From positions 6,634,001-6,698,000 of the forward strand of contig NC_087248.1 of assembly GCF_037042905.1 (NCBI RefSeq): a DNA stretch of 64,000 bases. The letters run 5' to 3'. The notes under the pieces were generated by a model. It ran no database searches, was not told the origin of the DNA, and was given only the letters and a program-made list of their open reading frames with translations. A program made the translations under genes and the position numbers. This document shows positions 50,094-61,779 of this stretch, one piece after another. Position 1 is the stretch's first letter, and every line of letters begins with the position of its first letter. The DNA comes from Lytechinus pictus (lineage: Eukaryota).

Positions 50094-52227
50094 AATGCAA
50101 ATGCGTTTAGAATTGCGACGTTATGCGTTAGTAGAGGAGCTACTTTTTATGCGTTAGTTGATCAAATGTTTATTAGAAAAATTATTCATCAAAAGAAAAG
50201 AAAATAAATACAAGGGCGTAGTGGGGGGGGGGGTGCAAGTGCATCCTCCCGCTGGGGCAGAGGAGTTTTGACACTGGCAACCAAAACGAAATTTGTACCC
50301 CTTCTTCTGCTTTCAACAGCTGATTTTCCAAACATTAGTTCCAAAACATAAGAAATAAAAGAGTAGAAACTATCTATTACATACATAATCAAATGTCTTC
50401 ATTTAATTCTCCAGCTGCAAGCTCCTTTTCAAGGAAATAGAACAAACCAACAGTATGGAAAATAAATATTTTTAAAAATAGCACCTAATGTGGCACATTT
50501 TTCAATCTAACCAAGATTAAGGAATATGTAATAAGATTTACTATCATGAAGAAAGACGGAACAATATAAATGCACATCACTCGCTGGTGAAAGAAGGTTA
50601 TGACAAAATATCATTACAGCCAGGGGGGGGGGGGTACAATGGGGCTCGGGCAATTTTGCTCCTGAAATAGAGATCCCTGGAACTTAAAAAAGGCCCTGGA
50701 AAACCCCCATTCATTTCCATGATAAAGCTTATCCAATGTTGCAGAATAAGATAGTAAGTTGTTGTGAAAAGTAGTCCATAAAATAAAAAAATATATATAT
50801 ATATTATTTGCCTGTTACAGCCTCACCAATATTTGGTGAGATTTCTCACAAAAAAATATCTTACAAGATCCACTCAAGATCAGGGGTAATAAACAAATTA
50901 TTCACATTACCATGGGCAGACAGCAGAACCATCTATACATGATGGTAACTTTTTGAAACATATAGTTTTGAAAATTCCAAAGTTTCAAGTGGGTAGTACT
51001 TGTTAATTAATGACATGGATCTTTACAATTTCAAGATAAAAACAGGTCTCTATGTGTAAAGACATGAACACAAATTGAAATAATCAATAGAAGCTTGTTA
51101 TCCTACAAAAATAACATCAGAACCTCTAGATCTTAACTTCTGAAAATCATACCACTACCAACATAACATAAGAGGGGGGGGGGGGTGTTTCTAACAGATA
51201 ATGTGAAATCAAGTATTACTAGTAATTGAAAAAGGGTAAAAGATCAAAGTAATATGCACAACACAGATATCAAGAAAATAAAAAAGCCAATAATATCACA
51301 CACAATTTCTTTTGTATTTTTTAATACAAAATAGGGAATTCATGTTTCATATTTTATAGACTGAACAAAAACAACAATTTTTGACCCTCTGATCCTGACA
51401 TTTTTCAGGTATGCCACTGGTTACAACAACAGAAATGGTTTATGTTCAGGGAGGAATCAAGCCATGGTTCACATTCAAATGAGAGGGGAAAAAGCATTTT
51501 TTTTATATATATCATTACACTAAAATTCAAAAGAAATTGGTATCATAACACACTTCTCTTTTTTCCACTTGTGGATTCCATTATACCCTTCATATATTAC
51601 CCTTCTTTGTCATGATTTACTCTGTATTAGAATAAGTGCTATCTTTTCATTACAGTTTGCTAAAATTTAGGCACACTCTCATATTGTAATGATTCAGAAA
51701 ATTAAAAATACATACTTTGCATACTGTTAAGACAATTATAAATGGACAAACTGGCATGATATCTACATGCAATTCATTGTTCTAATGTTCTTGGTACATT
51801 TCATAACAAAAACTTCTGATTTAATACTGAATAAAATATATGGACTCATATTCTAAAATCGTTGAGGTGGCTTCAGTAAATTTACATCCCAAGACTTAAT
51901 TTACATAAAAATTAATAGCAACAGCATATATGGAAAGCTTGATTTTTATCTGCCTTCAGAGAGACCTTACTAGGGTAGAAACAGATCGTTGAAATAATCA
52001 GAAGTTCGTCGCACATAAGCCTCCTAATGCTTTGTGTTGTGTTGAAGTTGCCATTTTTCTTCTTCTTTTTTTTTTTTGGGGGGGGGGGGGTTACATCAAT
52101 CTACAATTTTTCTGAGGCTCCATTTGATGTGAACTGGGTAGAATTGATTGTCAGTTTCTTGTTACTGAGGGGAGAGTGTGATTACCAGTACAGCCCTTTA
52201 TTTCTCAAAAAGTTTTGGATAATTTAA

Positions 52228-52723
52228 AGGGATTGACCTCCAGCACTTTAAAATTTTTACTTCATTTACTGAAGTACACACATTTTATGAGAGAATCAGA
52301 TTCTTGTAAGTTGTTATTGATAGAAGGGTAGCATATATTGGTGCACGGCTGGGTTGAGGCATGTTAGCATTTATTTATTTTAATGACTAAATAAATACCA
52401 TTAACACCAGAGAGAGTTTAAATTGACAAAATAAATGCCAATGTCACCAACTATTAAAGAAAAAAAAAACCATGGCATGAGTGGCTTTCAAACCTAACAC
52501 CTTTGGATAAGTACAAGACCATGACTTTCCCAATACACCTGTTCAGATGACATGCAAGCTAATTAGTTTTTAACGTAATTACCCACTAATCTGTAGTGCT
52601 AGACTCGTTTAATGCTAAATTCCTCAACCCAGCCATGCACCAAAATACAGTTGATCTGTCAACCTGATTCTATATACATAAGCACACACAAGAGAGTAAA
52701 GCACAGTAGCACACTATATTCCT
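52228..52723. mobile_element. Old TTAA-flanked MITE forming the proximal GST 3' UTR
   Basis: TTAA|agggat ... attcct|TTAA; internal inverted repeat at 52338-52371 / 52611-52643. Confidence 0.6.
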
Positions 52724-52852
52724 TTAAGAGCTTGGTGGACTGAGAACTTTCCTGACACCCTGAACGTATTCATCAGACGGAGGTGGGTGGCGCCTGGGGC
52801 TAGCCAGGTACTCCTTGATCCCTGGTTGGCTGGAGAAATGCTCAATAAAGCG
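52724..52852 (-). CDS. GSTA: GST coding exon 6 (terminal)
   Basis: Encodes PGIKEYLASPRRHPPPSDEYVQGVRKVL; TAA stop. Confidence 0.9.
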   Translation of the reverse strand, partial: RFIEHFSSQPGIKEYLASPRRHPPPSDEYVQGVRKVLSPPSS

Positions 52853-55800
52853 CTATAATCATGGAAAAGGGGATCAAGAACAAGAAAAAAAAACCTGCTT
52901 ACTGCATCGTAATAAGTTCATGGATAATAATCCATCATCAAAGCTCATCATGACACTGAAGTACCATGTCAAAAGTTGGAGCTAGTCTAGTCAGAGGTGC
53001 CTCTTTCACATGCGAATCCTGCAAGCGGTCTTTCATGACCAATCATCACACTTCATTATAGACAATACAATCGGGAATCCAGGAAAGTTACTATGAAAAG
53101 ACGCATAGTGCCTTTATTATAGCCAGAATCCTATTGAATGATGCGGCACACTAAAACAGCAACAGAACAAACGAAATATACTTCATACTGAATATTAACC
53201 AACTACAGGTAACGTATGATCGTCATTGGCCAAGTACATTATATTTCTTCAGTATAGACATCGCAACAATGCCATTTGGTGACAATTTGTGGCTAGCTAG
53301 TTTATCTAATGGCAAGCAATGCCACACTATACTGGTTTTAGAGGCCTACCAAGGAAGAGGCTCATAGATTGCCATTGGTTTTACTGTAAGTTGCAAATCC
53401 ATTGTATAAATGCATGCATCAGTTTGATTAGGTGTCACATCCTAGTGATACTAAAAGCTTCAACAATGTGCATCAGAGAAGCTGGATATCACTTTATCAC
53501 GTTAATACCACTTTAATCACTATTTCTCACAGACATACCATAACTACTTGTAAATTCAGACACAAAGCATGGATTCAAATTGGTTAAAAATGACATATGG
53601 TGCTGCTATCATACAATATGCAATATCTGTGTATTCATTGGGCTCATATGATCTGTGCCACACAATAGCAGCTCAGTGCACCTTTTGCCTGGCGGCCCCA
53701 GCCAAGACAACCTAATAATTATTTCATAATTTTTTTCTCAACTGAACTATGGGGTTAGCACAAAGTTACAAGGTCCAGGCCTCTCCTTTTTATACTCTTC
53801 TTCTTTCTTTCTTACTTTTTCACCCTCGTTTTTTTTATTTCTCCTTTTGTCTTTTTTTCTCTTTTTTTCACCTTCATGTTTCAAAAACTTCTAGGGGGCA
53901 GACAGTCCCCTATGGCGCTGCCACTGCCTATTCCTGAACTGATTCTTGACACTAGGCCATGTTTTTCAGTGTGAACAAGTTCCCATGAATCAGCTTCACT
54001 CATATTCCATTCACTTAATGAAGTTTATGACACTTCAAAGCACAATCACCCAGTTCTCCAACCTACCTTGCAATTTGGAAAATCTGCTAACAAAGGCTGA
54101 ATCTGAGAGAGATCATTCACGTAGCTTACACTGTCAAAGAACATAAGATCAGCCATGGTGAGGGAATCTCCTACTAGGAAACCAGATTTACTCTCGCCCA
54201 AAACCTACAAGTTAAAAAAAATGACAGTCCGTAAAGATCTCTCCCAAAATGTTCTTGTCTTTTTCTAAGGTTGGGTTTCACATCCCACCGCTGGCAAGAT
54301 AATCTGCCATAGTGATGGGGATCTCCTACAAGGAGAGCAGATTTATAATGAAAGAAAATGACAGTGAGTACAGTGCAACTCTCTGAAAAAGAAACAGTCT
54401 TTTCTATGGTTTGGCTTCATTTCCCACCGCTGCCATCAGAAAGCACAGCATGGCCAGCAAAAAAAATCCAATTATGCTAGAGCAGCGAAATTATGCTAAA
54501 TCGCGAAAAATTATGCCAAACCGTTTTTTTTGACAAGCAGAAAAAAAAAAAAGGCTATCAACATAAATTTTAGTTGTGGCTAACCAAAATTTTTTGACAA
54601 GCAAAAAAAAAATAAAAAAGGTTATCAACCTAAATTTTAGGAGTGGATGCATGCATGTGAACGATTTCCCCCACTTCTGTCGGTGCTGGCGCCGTTCCTT
54701 AGTTAGTAGAAATGTGAAAAATGAAAAACAACATGTGGGGGAAAAAAAATCGATCAAAATTATGCTGAAAGGGTCGAAATTATGCCAGTTCTGGCAACAT
54801 TGCTGCCATAGTGAGGGAATCTCCCACATAACAAATCCGGATTTACTACTATCTCCCAAAACCTAAAGAAATTAATGTATGAAAATGACAGTCAGGACAG
54901 GACAGATCTCTGTCAATGATCAACAAGTCTTTTCTAAGATTTGGGTTCATATCCCATCCGGGATCCCATCCCTGCCATCAAAAGTATGCCAAAATGATTT
55001 AAACTACTATAACGATTCCAGATTTAATCTCACCCAAACCTATAAGAAAATAATGATATTTTGTACTGTAGTGTAATGTACTTTACATGACATTGTAACA
55101 TGGCTGTTATATGCACATAATACACACATTTTCTAAACAACTGTTCAGTAAATTTTCTTAAAGTTCATTGTGTGTGTAACTGAATTTCAAACATGTATAG
55201 TTAACTATTTATTACTGCACATCAAAACCAAGGAAACATCTGAATAAGAAGCACTCTTATATCATCTCTTCAACCTTAAATAAACTCTTAATGAACCTTT
55301 TATATTTTGTACTTATCAGTATGTTTATTTATTTGCACAATTTTTTCTGTAATTTTTTAAATTTTATATCAATATAAGTGCTATAAAACTTGAAATATTG
55401 AAATTTCAAATTGTGATGATTTGAAACTATCTGAATGTCATACATGAATTGTCAATAAAAATCGACACATGCAAATTAAAAACATATCTAAAAATATCCT
55501 GAATAATTGATTCTCATAACTTTCAAGAATGAACTGACATATTTCCTGAGTTTTTGCTTAATAAACAACATATTTTCCCTAGCTCTCTAAAAATCACCAG
55601 ACCAATATACATTTCATGACATTTGCTCTGGCCACAATTGCTCCGCTATAAATTCCACACACTAATAGAATGATCAACTCAAATCCTGGATTTAACAATA
55701 TACCCGATACTAAAAATAACCCTAAACCTATTAAACATGAAACCCTACTGCAACCCTAACCTTAACCCTGCATTTTAGATGAAATAAAGTACACAGCAAT

Positions 55801-58800
55801 TGTTGCAAGAGCAAATGTTGCATCATCACCATATAAAACCTGCATACATTCGTAATTTCGAAGCTTCGTTATTCCGAAGGTTCGGATATTCCAAGGTTCA
55901 TTAATCCAAAATCGAAATCAGGTTCGAAATTCCGAAGGTTCGTTAGTCCGAAAACGAAATGATTAACGAACGTTATTTCGTTTTCAGACTAACGAACCTT
56001 CGGAACAACGAACCTTATTTTGTTTTTGGATTAACGAACCTTCCGAACAACAAACCTTATTTCGTTTTTGGATTATCGAACCTTCGGAATAACGCCACAA
56101 ATGGTCGGATTAACGAACCCTTTTACGTTTTCGGATTAACGAACATCGAGGTATAGGTAATTTACGTGTTTCGGAATTATGAACCTTCGGAATAAAGAAC
56201 CTTCGGAATTACAAACCTTCGGAATTATGAAGTGTCTACCCTCAAGGAATGATCTCACCCACTCACCTTCTCAAAGACTGGTAGGTACCTCTCCTTGCTC
56301 TGCTTTCCTGCATTCTGCAACATCTCCTCTTCCTTCTCCGGTGTGGCTTGAAACTTTGCACCAGAGAATCCTGCTTTAAGCATGTCCCTCGCTCCCATGG
56401 ATAGCATCTCAATTCTAGAATAATTTAAAGGGTACATCTTACTACCTGAATCTCCAACATTTGATAAGTTTTAACATTGCAATGAATGGAGATTATTCAA
56501 GGCTCCTTTTGGAGTTTCCAGGGCTCCTTCGAGTATTTTGGGGGCAAAATTGACCCAAGCCCCTTTTTCTTCTCCCCCCATCATAGAAGAATTCCCCAAG
56601 ATAGTTTGTTCTGCTTACTTTGTTTGGTCCTCTGGTTTCCCCTGTAAGTTTCCTTTGTTGCAGATATATCGAAGAATGCACTCACTCCCAATAAGATTCT
56701 GACCATCGATCTCGAGCAGGGGAACTTGTTTAAACATCAGTTTACCATCTAAATAGGATAACAAAATGTGCAATATTCAAATGGAAAATTATGAGCTCAA
56801 CAGAAAGATAATGGTATTTATATCTATTCTATATACTAAAAGAAAATCCCCCAACCAAAAATGGTTTGAATAAAAAGAGAAAGAAAATTGAAAAGCATTA
56901 ATCTTAAAATTTCATAAAAATTGGGTGTAAAAGAACAATTAAATTTCAAAAGACATCAATGATCAACATAGTCGCGATCAACAAGGTTGCTATGCATGCA
57001 ACTTTCTGGTACAGCACCTAGTAATGAGCTATTCACCTGTCTTTTTTTTTTGGGGGGGGGGGCAAGTTTGTTCAAATGACCTATCCTTTTTGTTTTATAA
57101 GCAAATTTCAAAGCAAATTTTGGATGCCTGATCAATATAGCAGGATGCAGAAATTTCATAGATCAGATGACTAAAATAGCACATCAATGAAATGTAGGGC
57201 CTTTTCCTTTTCACACATGAATCTTGAATCATCATTGTAATGATGGCAATTCATCTTTAGAATCATCGGACCTTTCACATGCTCACTAAAAAACTGTGAT
57301 TTGAATTTGAAATTCCCGAGCGAAGGCGGTATGTGTCCTTGGTGACTTGTCAATCAAAGCACAGCATCGCAAATACAAACTACGATGAGTGCATGACAAT
57401 TTTATTATCTACGGAAGTGCTTGAAAAGTTATGTAAGCTCCCCCCCCAAAAAAAAAAGAAGATGTTTTGGTTGTTTCACACGCAAAATTTGTACCGTAAT
57501 TTGAGTGAAACTTAACTGGAATTCTATCTCCGGAGTAGAATTGGAATTCCTGATTGTGATTAGCGTGCATGATTCTAATCATGTTCTAGTTTGGTTTCAC
57601 ACATGCTAAAAATTTGTCATTAGCCTTATTTTTCAATGGAATCATCATTAAAATTACGATTTTTTTTTACCGTGTGAAAGGGCGCGGTATGCCAACTGTC
57701 GCTAGTGGGTGCATTGTTGCTTTCCAGTGGATCTAATATTCTGAATAATCAAAGTTGGGGCTTATCTCATTGAATGATAAACCACCATGCCATTTTTAGT
57801 TCAAATTACCTTCTTCTAATCATGTGCAGAATGGAACTACGAACTTGTCTATTCAATCTGCTTAAAGGGGAAGTTTTCTGGGGTTGCCACGCAGTCAAGC
57901 TTAGCTTATAGTGGCAACCCCTGCATCCTTCTAAAAATTTAAATAGAAAATGCAAATTTGTTCAATGTTTTGCTTGTCAGTTATACGTATATTATTATTG
58001 TAGGCCTATTTTCTTTGTTAATGTGTTCATGAAAAGTGTTGCAGAAACCAATAAATGAAAAATTAACATGAAGTTCACCCTTACAAAAAGTTTAATGTAA
58101 AAATAGCAGAAAAAAATAATAAAACACATTGCCAAAGGTTTCAGAAATATCCATCAAAGAATTAAAAAGTTATTAGAATTTAAATTTTTATATTAGTGAT
58201 GTCATTATGCGAACAGCATTCCTACACAGTGAATGGTAAAATATCAATGAAATGACATTATCTCAGAAAATTGAAAATGTTTTTTACTGTACCTTTTGTA
58301 TTAGACAAATCATTTCACATCCGATCATGAAAAGAAAACAAAAATAAGTCATCACGAACCATTAAAAAATGCAATTCATGCATTTTACATTACATAACAC
58401 ATGGGGCAGCTGCTCATTTATGATGTCACAAATCCTAAACTTAAAAATTCTAATAACTTTCTTAATCTTTAATGGATTTTCCTCAAACCTTCACCAATAT
58501 TTTTTCTGACATTTAACAACAAACATTTATTCAGGGTGAACTTCCCCTTTAAAAGAATGTCGCTATGTCAGTGGGTTTGACGTTTTGGTGTAAAAACCTT
58601 TATCTGCACATGCTCAGATTAGATCCAAATTGATTATCAGAACCATCAATATTAAAAACTGGATAGAGCTTGATGTATGCTCCTACACACATACCCATGA
58701 CCTTAAAGCTTCAGGAAAAGTATTCCATGTCATGACTCAGTACATGCTTGGGCCTTGAACCTTGAAGAATAGTCCCTTTCAGCAGCTTCAGAGCTATCCT

Positions 58801-60343
58801 GGGGGCCCATACCATTAAGTTAGAATCCAAACACAAATGCAATGGAAAAATAGTGCAGAACTTTGTGCATGCTTGACCGTTTGGAGTTCTTTCACGTGTT
58901 TCCGGTGGCCTCAAACTCCCTCAAAGTTTTTTTGCTATCAAGGATCAGAACCAAACGTCCCTGTCCCCTCATCCCACCCCCTCCCCATTCTCCCTCACAC
59001 CCTGTAAACCTTACCTGTGATCAACTGCAAAAATTCATCACGGGTTCTGAGGTAAATATCATCATACTGCAAATGAGAAAAGATAGAAAAATGAAATAGA
59101 CATTAAAGGCATAACTTCACCAGGAGAAAGATCAATATAACTAGACAATACTGACAGTGACAAGAGAATAACGAAATATCATGGAAATTGTGTTCTTCAA
59201 TCTTCATGACTATGAATTCCTTAGAATATCTAAGGATATTGAATGTTATATGGTATGGTGGTAAGTTTCCAATGTTAAATCAAAATCAAGTTCTCAGCTA
59301 GCATCTGGCAGTTATTTTCAAATATAGGCATGGAGGTAGACCAAGACCATACATACTTCTACTCCAAACAATTTCCTGAAAAGTAAAAGTTAGCTTCATT
59401 AGTGTTAATCCAAAATTTTCTGTCTCTAAGTTTCCATCATTTTCATAATTCAAATTTAGTGGCATGAAAACTTTTGTTTTCCCATGGAGACACAAAAATA
59501 GGAAGAGCCCTGTGATGTTGCTGAAATAAGAACGTCATCTCACTTCTCAGTATTACATGTATTTTAAAACACAAGATATTTTTAGCTTTAGAAGTTTAGT
59601 GCCTGAACCAAGTTCAAACTCCATCAGAAAGCCCAATAAATTCTAGCTAAATCTATTCTAATACATTACAAAACAATGAAATGTTGCTTCACTGAAAAAA
59701 AATAGTCGGTGGACTCCTCTTGACGGATGCTCCAGGCTGAAAATATCTTGTTTTGAAATAGTGCATTATTATAAATATTTTTTTTCTTGTAACAAATTGA
59801 TATTAAAACAAGTTGACAATTAGTTATAATTTTATCATTAGGGAAACTATATATTATAAGCTCTTCTTTTTAATAGTTTGCCATACATATCCTCATCTTA
59901 GTTATATTGATGTATCTGTCTCCAAATCTGAACGTTCAATTGCACAACCTTCGTCTACTCTAATATTATGAATAATGGTGATGTACTAAAAAAAACTATT
60001 GTCTTATTTTATCGGTAATGATTAACTGTCTTTTGATGGACGTTACATTGTATTTGATATTTTGGGAGATATGAAAAATAAACCAAACTGAACTGAATAT
60101 TAGTGCATGTGAAACGGACCAGACGTCAAACTCCAGGACCAGACTTACAATACACGAAAATCTATACCAGGGACTGTATTCAGGGAGATCTATCTGTATC
60201 TGGTGGCGGTATGCAGTTTTTTTTTTATAAAAAAAAAATCAAGCGTCACGTCAACATACCTCAATTTTTGCAGCACTCAAAGCCAAACGAGATACTTCTG
60301 CAAATCCTCTGCCATCAAAATAGGTCAAACGGGGCTTCGACAT
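52724..60343 (-). CDS. GSTA: Glutathione S-transferase, alpha-class-like, 226 aa; exons 60343-60260, 59066-59015, 56748-56619, 56414-56267, 54204-54067, 52852-52724
   Basis: MSKPRLTYFDGRGFAEVSRLALSAAKIE / YDDIYLRTRDEFLQLIT / DGKLMFKQVPLLEIDG... / ...KERYLPVFEK / VLGESKSGFLVGDSLTMADL...DFPNCK / RFIEHFSSQPGIKEYLASPRRHPPP... The total is 681 nt in frame. Exon sizes 84/52/130/148/138/129 and their phases follow the recalled vertebrate GSTA layout, and the alpha-type C-terminal helix is present. Confidence 0.92.
54067..54204 (-). CDS. GSTA: GST coding exon 5 (N-capping box TMAD)
   Basis: Encodes GFLVGDSLTMADL; ttgtag acceptor and AAG|GTAGG donor. Confidence 0.92.
54152..55050 (-). repeat. Four degenerate tandem copies of the GST intron-4/exon-5 junction
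   Basis: gcca(t/c)(g/a)gtga(g/t)gg(a/g)atctcc...agattta...cccaaaaccta...atgacagt...ttttcta(a/t)g..tggg.ttca.atccca recurs at 54152, 54306 and 54805, with a partial copy at 55016. Confidence 0.75.
55846..56234. mobile_element. Palindromic MITE built of ttccgaaggttcg / cgaaccttcggaa subterminal repeats
   Basis: The repeats face inward from both ends; the element lies about 30 bp from the GST exon-4 donor. Confidence 0.75.
56267..56414 (-). CDS. GSTA: GST coding exon 4
   Basis: Encodes IEMLSMGARDM...RYLPVFEK; AAG|GTGAGT donor. Confidence 0.9.
56619..56748 (-). CDS. GSTA: GST coding exon 3 (cis-Pro QVP loop)
   Basis: Encodes DGKLMFKQVPLLEIDGQNLIGSECILRYI. Confidence 0.92.
58067..58548. mobile_element. 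Kolobok/T2-type MITE (gaagttcaccct ends)
   Basis: gaagttcaccct ... agggtgaacttcccct|TTAA; inverted arms aagttattagaatttt. Confidence 0.75.
59015..59066 (-). CDS. GSTA: GST coding exon 2 (52 nt)
   Basis: tttgcag acceptor and CAG|GTAAG donor. Confidence 0.88.
60260..60343 (-). CDS. GSTA: GST coding exon 1 (catalytic Tyr)
   Basis: agcATG start; encodes LTYFDGRG; GAG|GTATGT donor. Confidence 0.92.
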
Positions 60344-60660
60344 GCTGGTTTTCTATCGCTTTTTTCACTCGAGCCGTGTCCCGATTCAAATAGGCAGGCT
60401 TAGATCACTCCTGTATCATCGAAATGCGTACAAATCTGAAAGTAATTCAAGATTACATAAATGTAATTCCGATCTCGTGCGAGTGCGGAGATTCCAACAC
60501 CTATATCACGAGAGGGTGGGGGAGTGGGCAAGGGCGTTTCCGCTTCTCGGCCAATCAAAATCAAGAAAAGAGTACAGAGGGGCGAATCCAACTTTCGCAA
60601 ATTCGGGAGGGGGGGGGGGGGGTATTTGGGTATTTTCATCTACATATTCCCCGACCAACC
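60344..60660 (-). promoter_or_regulatory. CpG-enriched 5' UTR/promoter region of the GST
   Basis: Raised CpG density; CCAAT at 60551-60555 and GGGTGGGG near 60514, directly upstream of the ATG. Confidence 0.45.
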
Positions 60661-61264
60661 GCTGAAAGCTGTTTTTTAGGGGGGTATAGTCTATCTTTTC
60701 CTCTTAAACTAAAGCACCGTTTTAAACGATATCGATTTAAAAACAACTTTTAAACTTTTCATAATAGGAAATGGCGTTTAGAAGCTGCACCATTCAATCT
60801 TCCAACTACTGTATGCATGGCCATCAATTAAACTAACCTGTCTGTTTATAATTATGTCACTTTAAGGTAGCTGTTATTTGAAACGCACATAAATAATTTC
60901 ACTGGCATATACTAGGATATTGGAGCGCTGGTCCGCTGGACCCACAAGATAAACAAAAAATGAAAGGAATTGAATCGGTGAAATATGATATCATTTTTGT
61001 ATTATCATGTCAAAATCTATCAAACAAATACTTTTAAATAAAGAAGGTAAAGATTTTCGCTGACTTGTGAATTAAAAAAAAAGTTTCTCCCGGGGTAGCC
61101 CATGTTAGACCCGGCCGGCCCTCACTTTTTGTATATTAATATGATTTATAATTTTCCGCCCTTAGTATCAACGCAGGACCGTTACCGACCGATCGGAAAT
61201 AAAGTTGCTTCACGTGCCATTTCGCATGCAGCGTCAGATACCATGCATGGAAACAATCTTTTGC

Positions 61265-61267
<3 letters not shown>

Positions 61268-61319
<52 letters not shown>
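61268..61319. repeat. (AT)n microsatellite
   Basis: Directly visible. Confidence 0.95.
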
Positions 61320-61322
<3 letters not shown>

Positions 61323-61779
61323 AAATGGCTTTTCTCTCGGCCTCATCGCGGAGCCCTTACCAGTAAATTTTGAATATATTTTATTTTTTCGGGAATTTTT
61401 CCTAGCCGACTTAATTTTTGGGGATGGCTATTCCCTGCACCAGTGATCCACTCTGATGTCACCACAATTACAGTTTAAATCGCAAATGAATACCGAATAG
61501 CATGAATTTAATGGGCAAGCTCCTTACAAAATGCATAGTGTATCAACCATCATCGAACGCTTTATTTTGGGATGTTTGGGGGCCACGTGAAATGTGAATA
61601 AGGGACATTTATTTGCACGCCGGATTTTATTCTTTTTCACCGTACACAACCCACTCAACTATCAACACTACTAGTACAGTAGTAGTTGGTAAAATGAATC
61701 GCGAAGAATATTGTTGCCAGTCTTCATTCCACAAAACAAGAATAATTTATGCGTCTGCACACACGACTTCAGTCGGATT

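Noticed and set aside
52460-52540. Possible tRNA-like A/B boxes on the minus strand
   Set aside because: Too degraded to fold as a tRNA; at most a SINE-head remnant.
61227-61236. ARE-like TGACnnnGCA upstream of the GST
   Set aside because: Single short match lacking the 5' purine; expected by chance.
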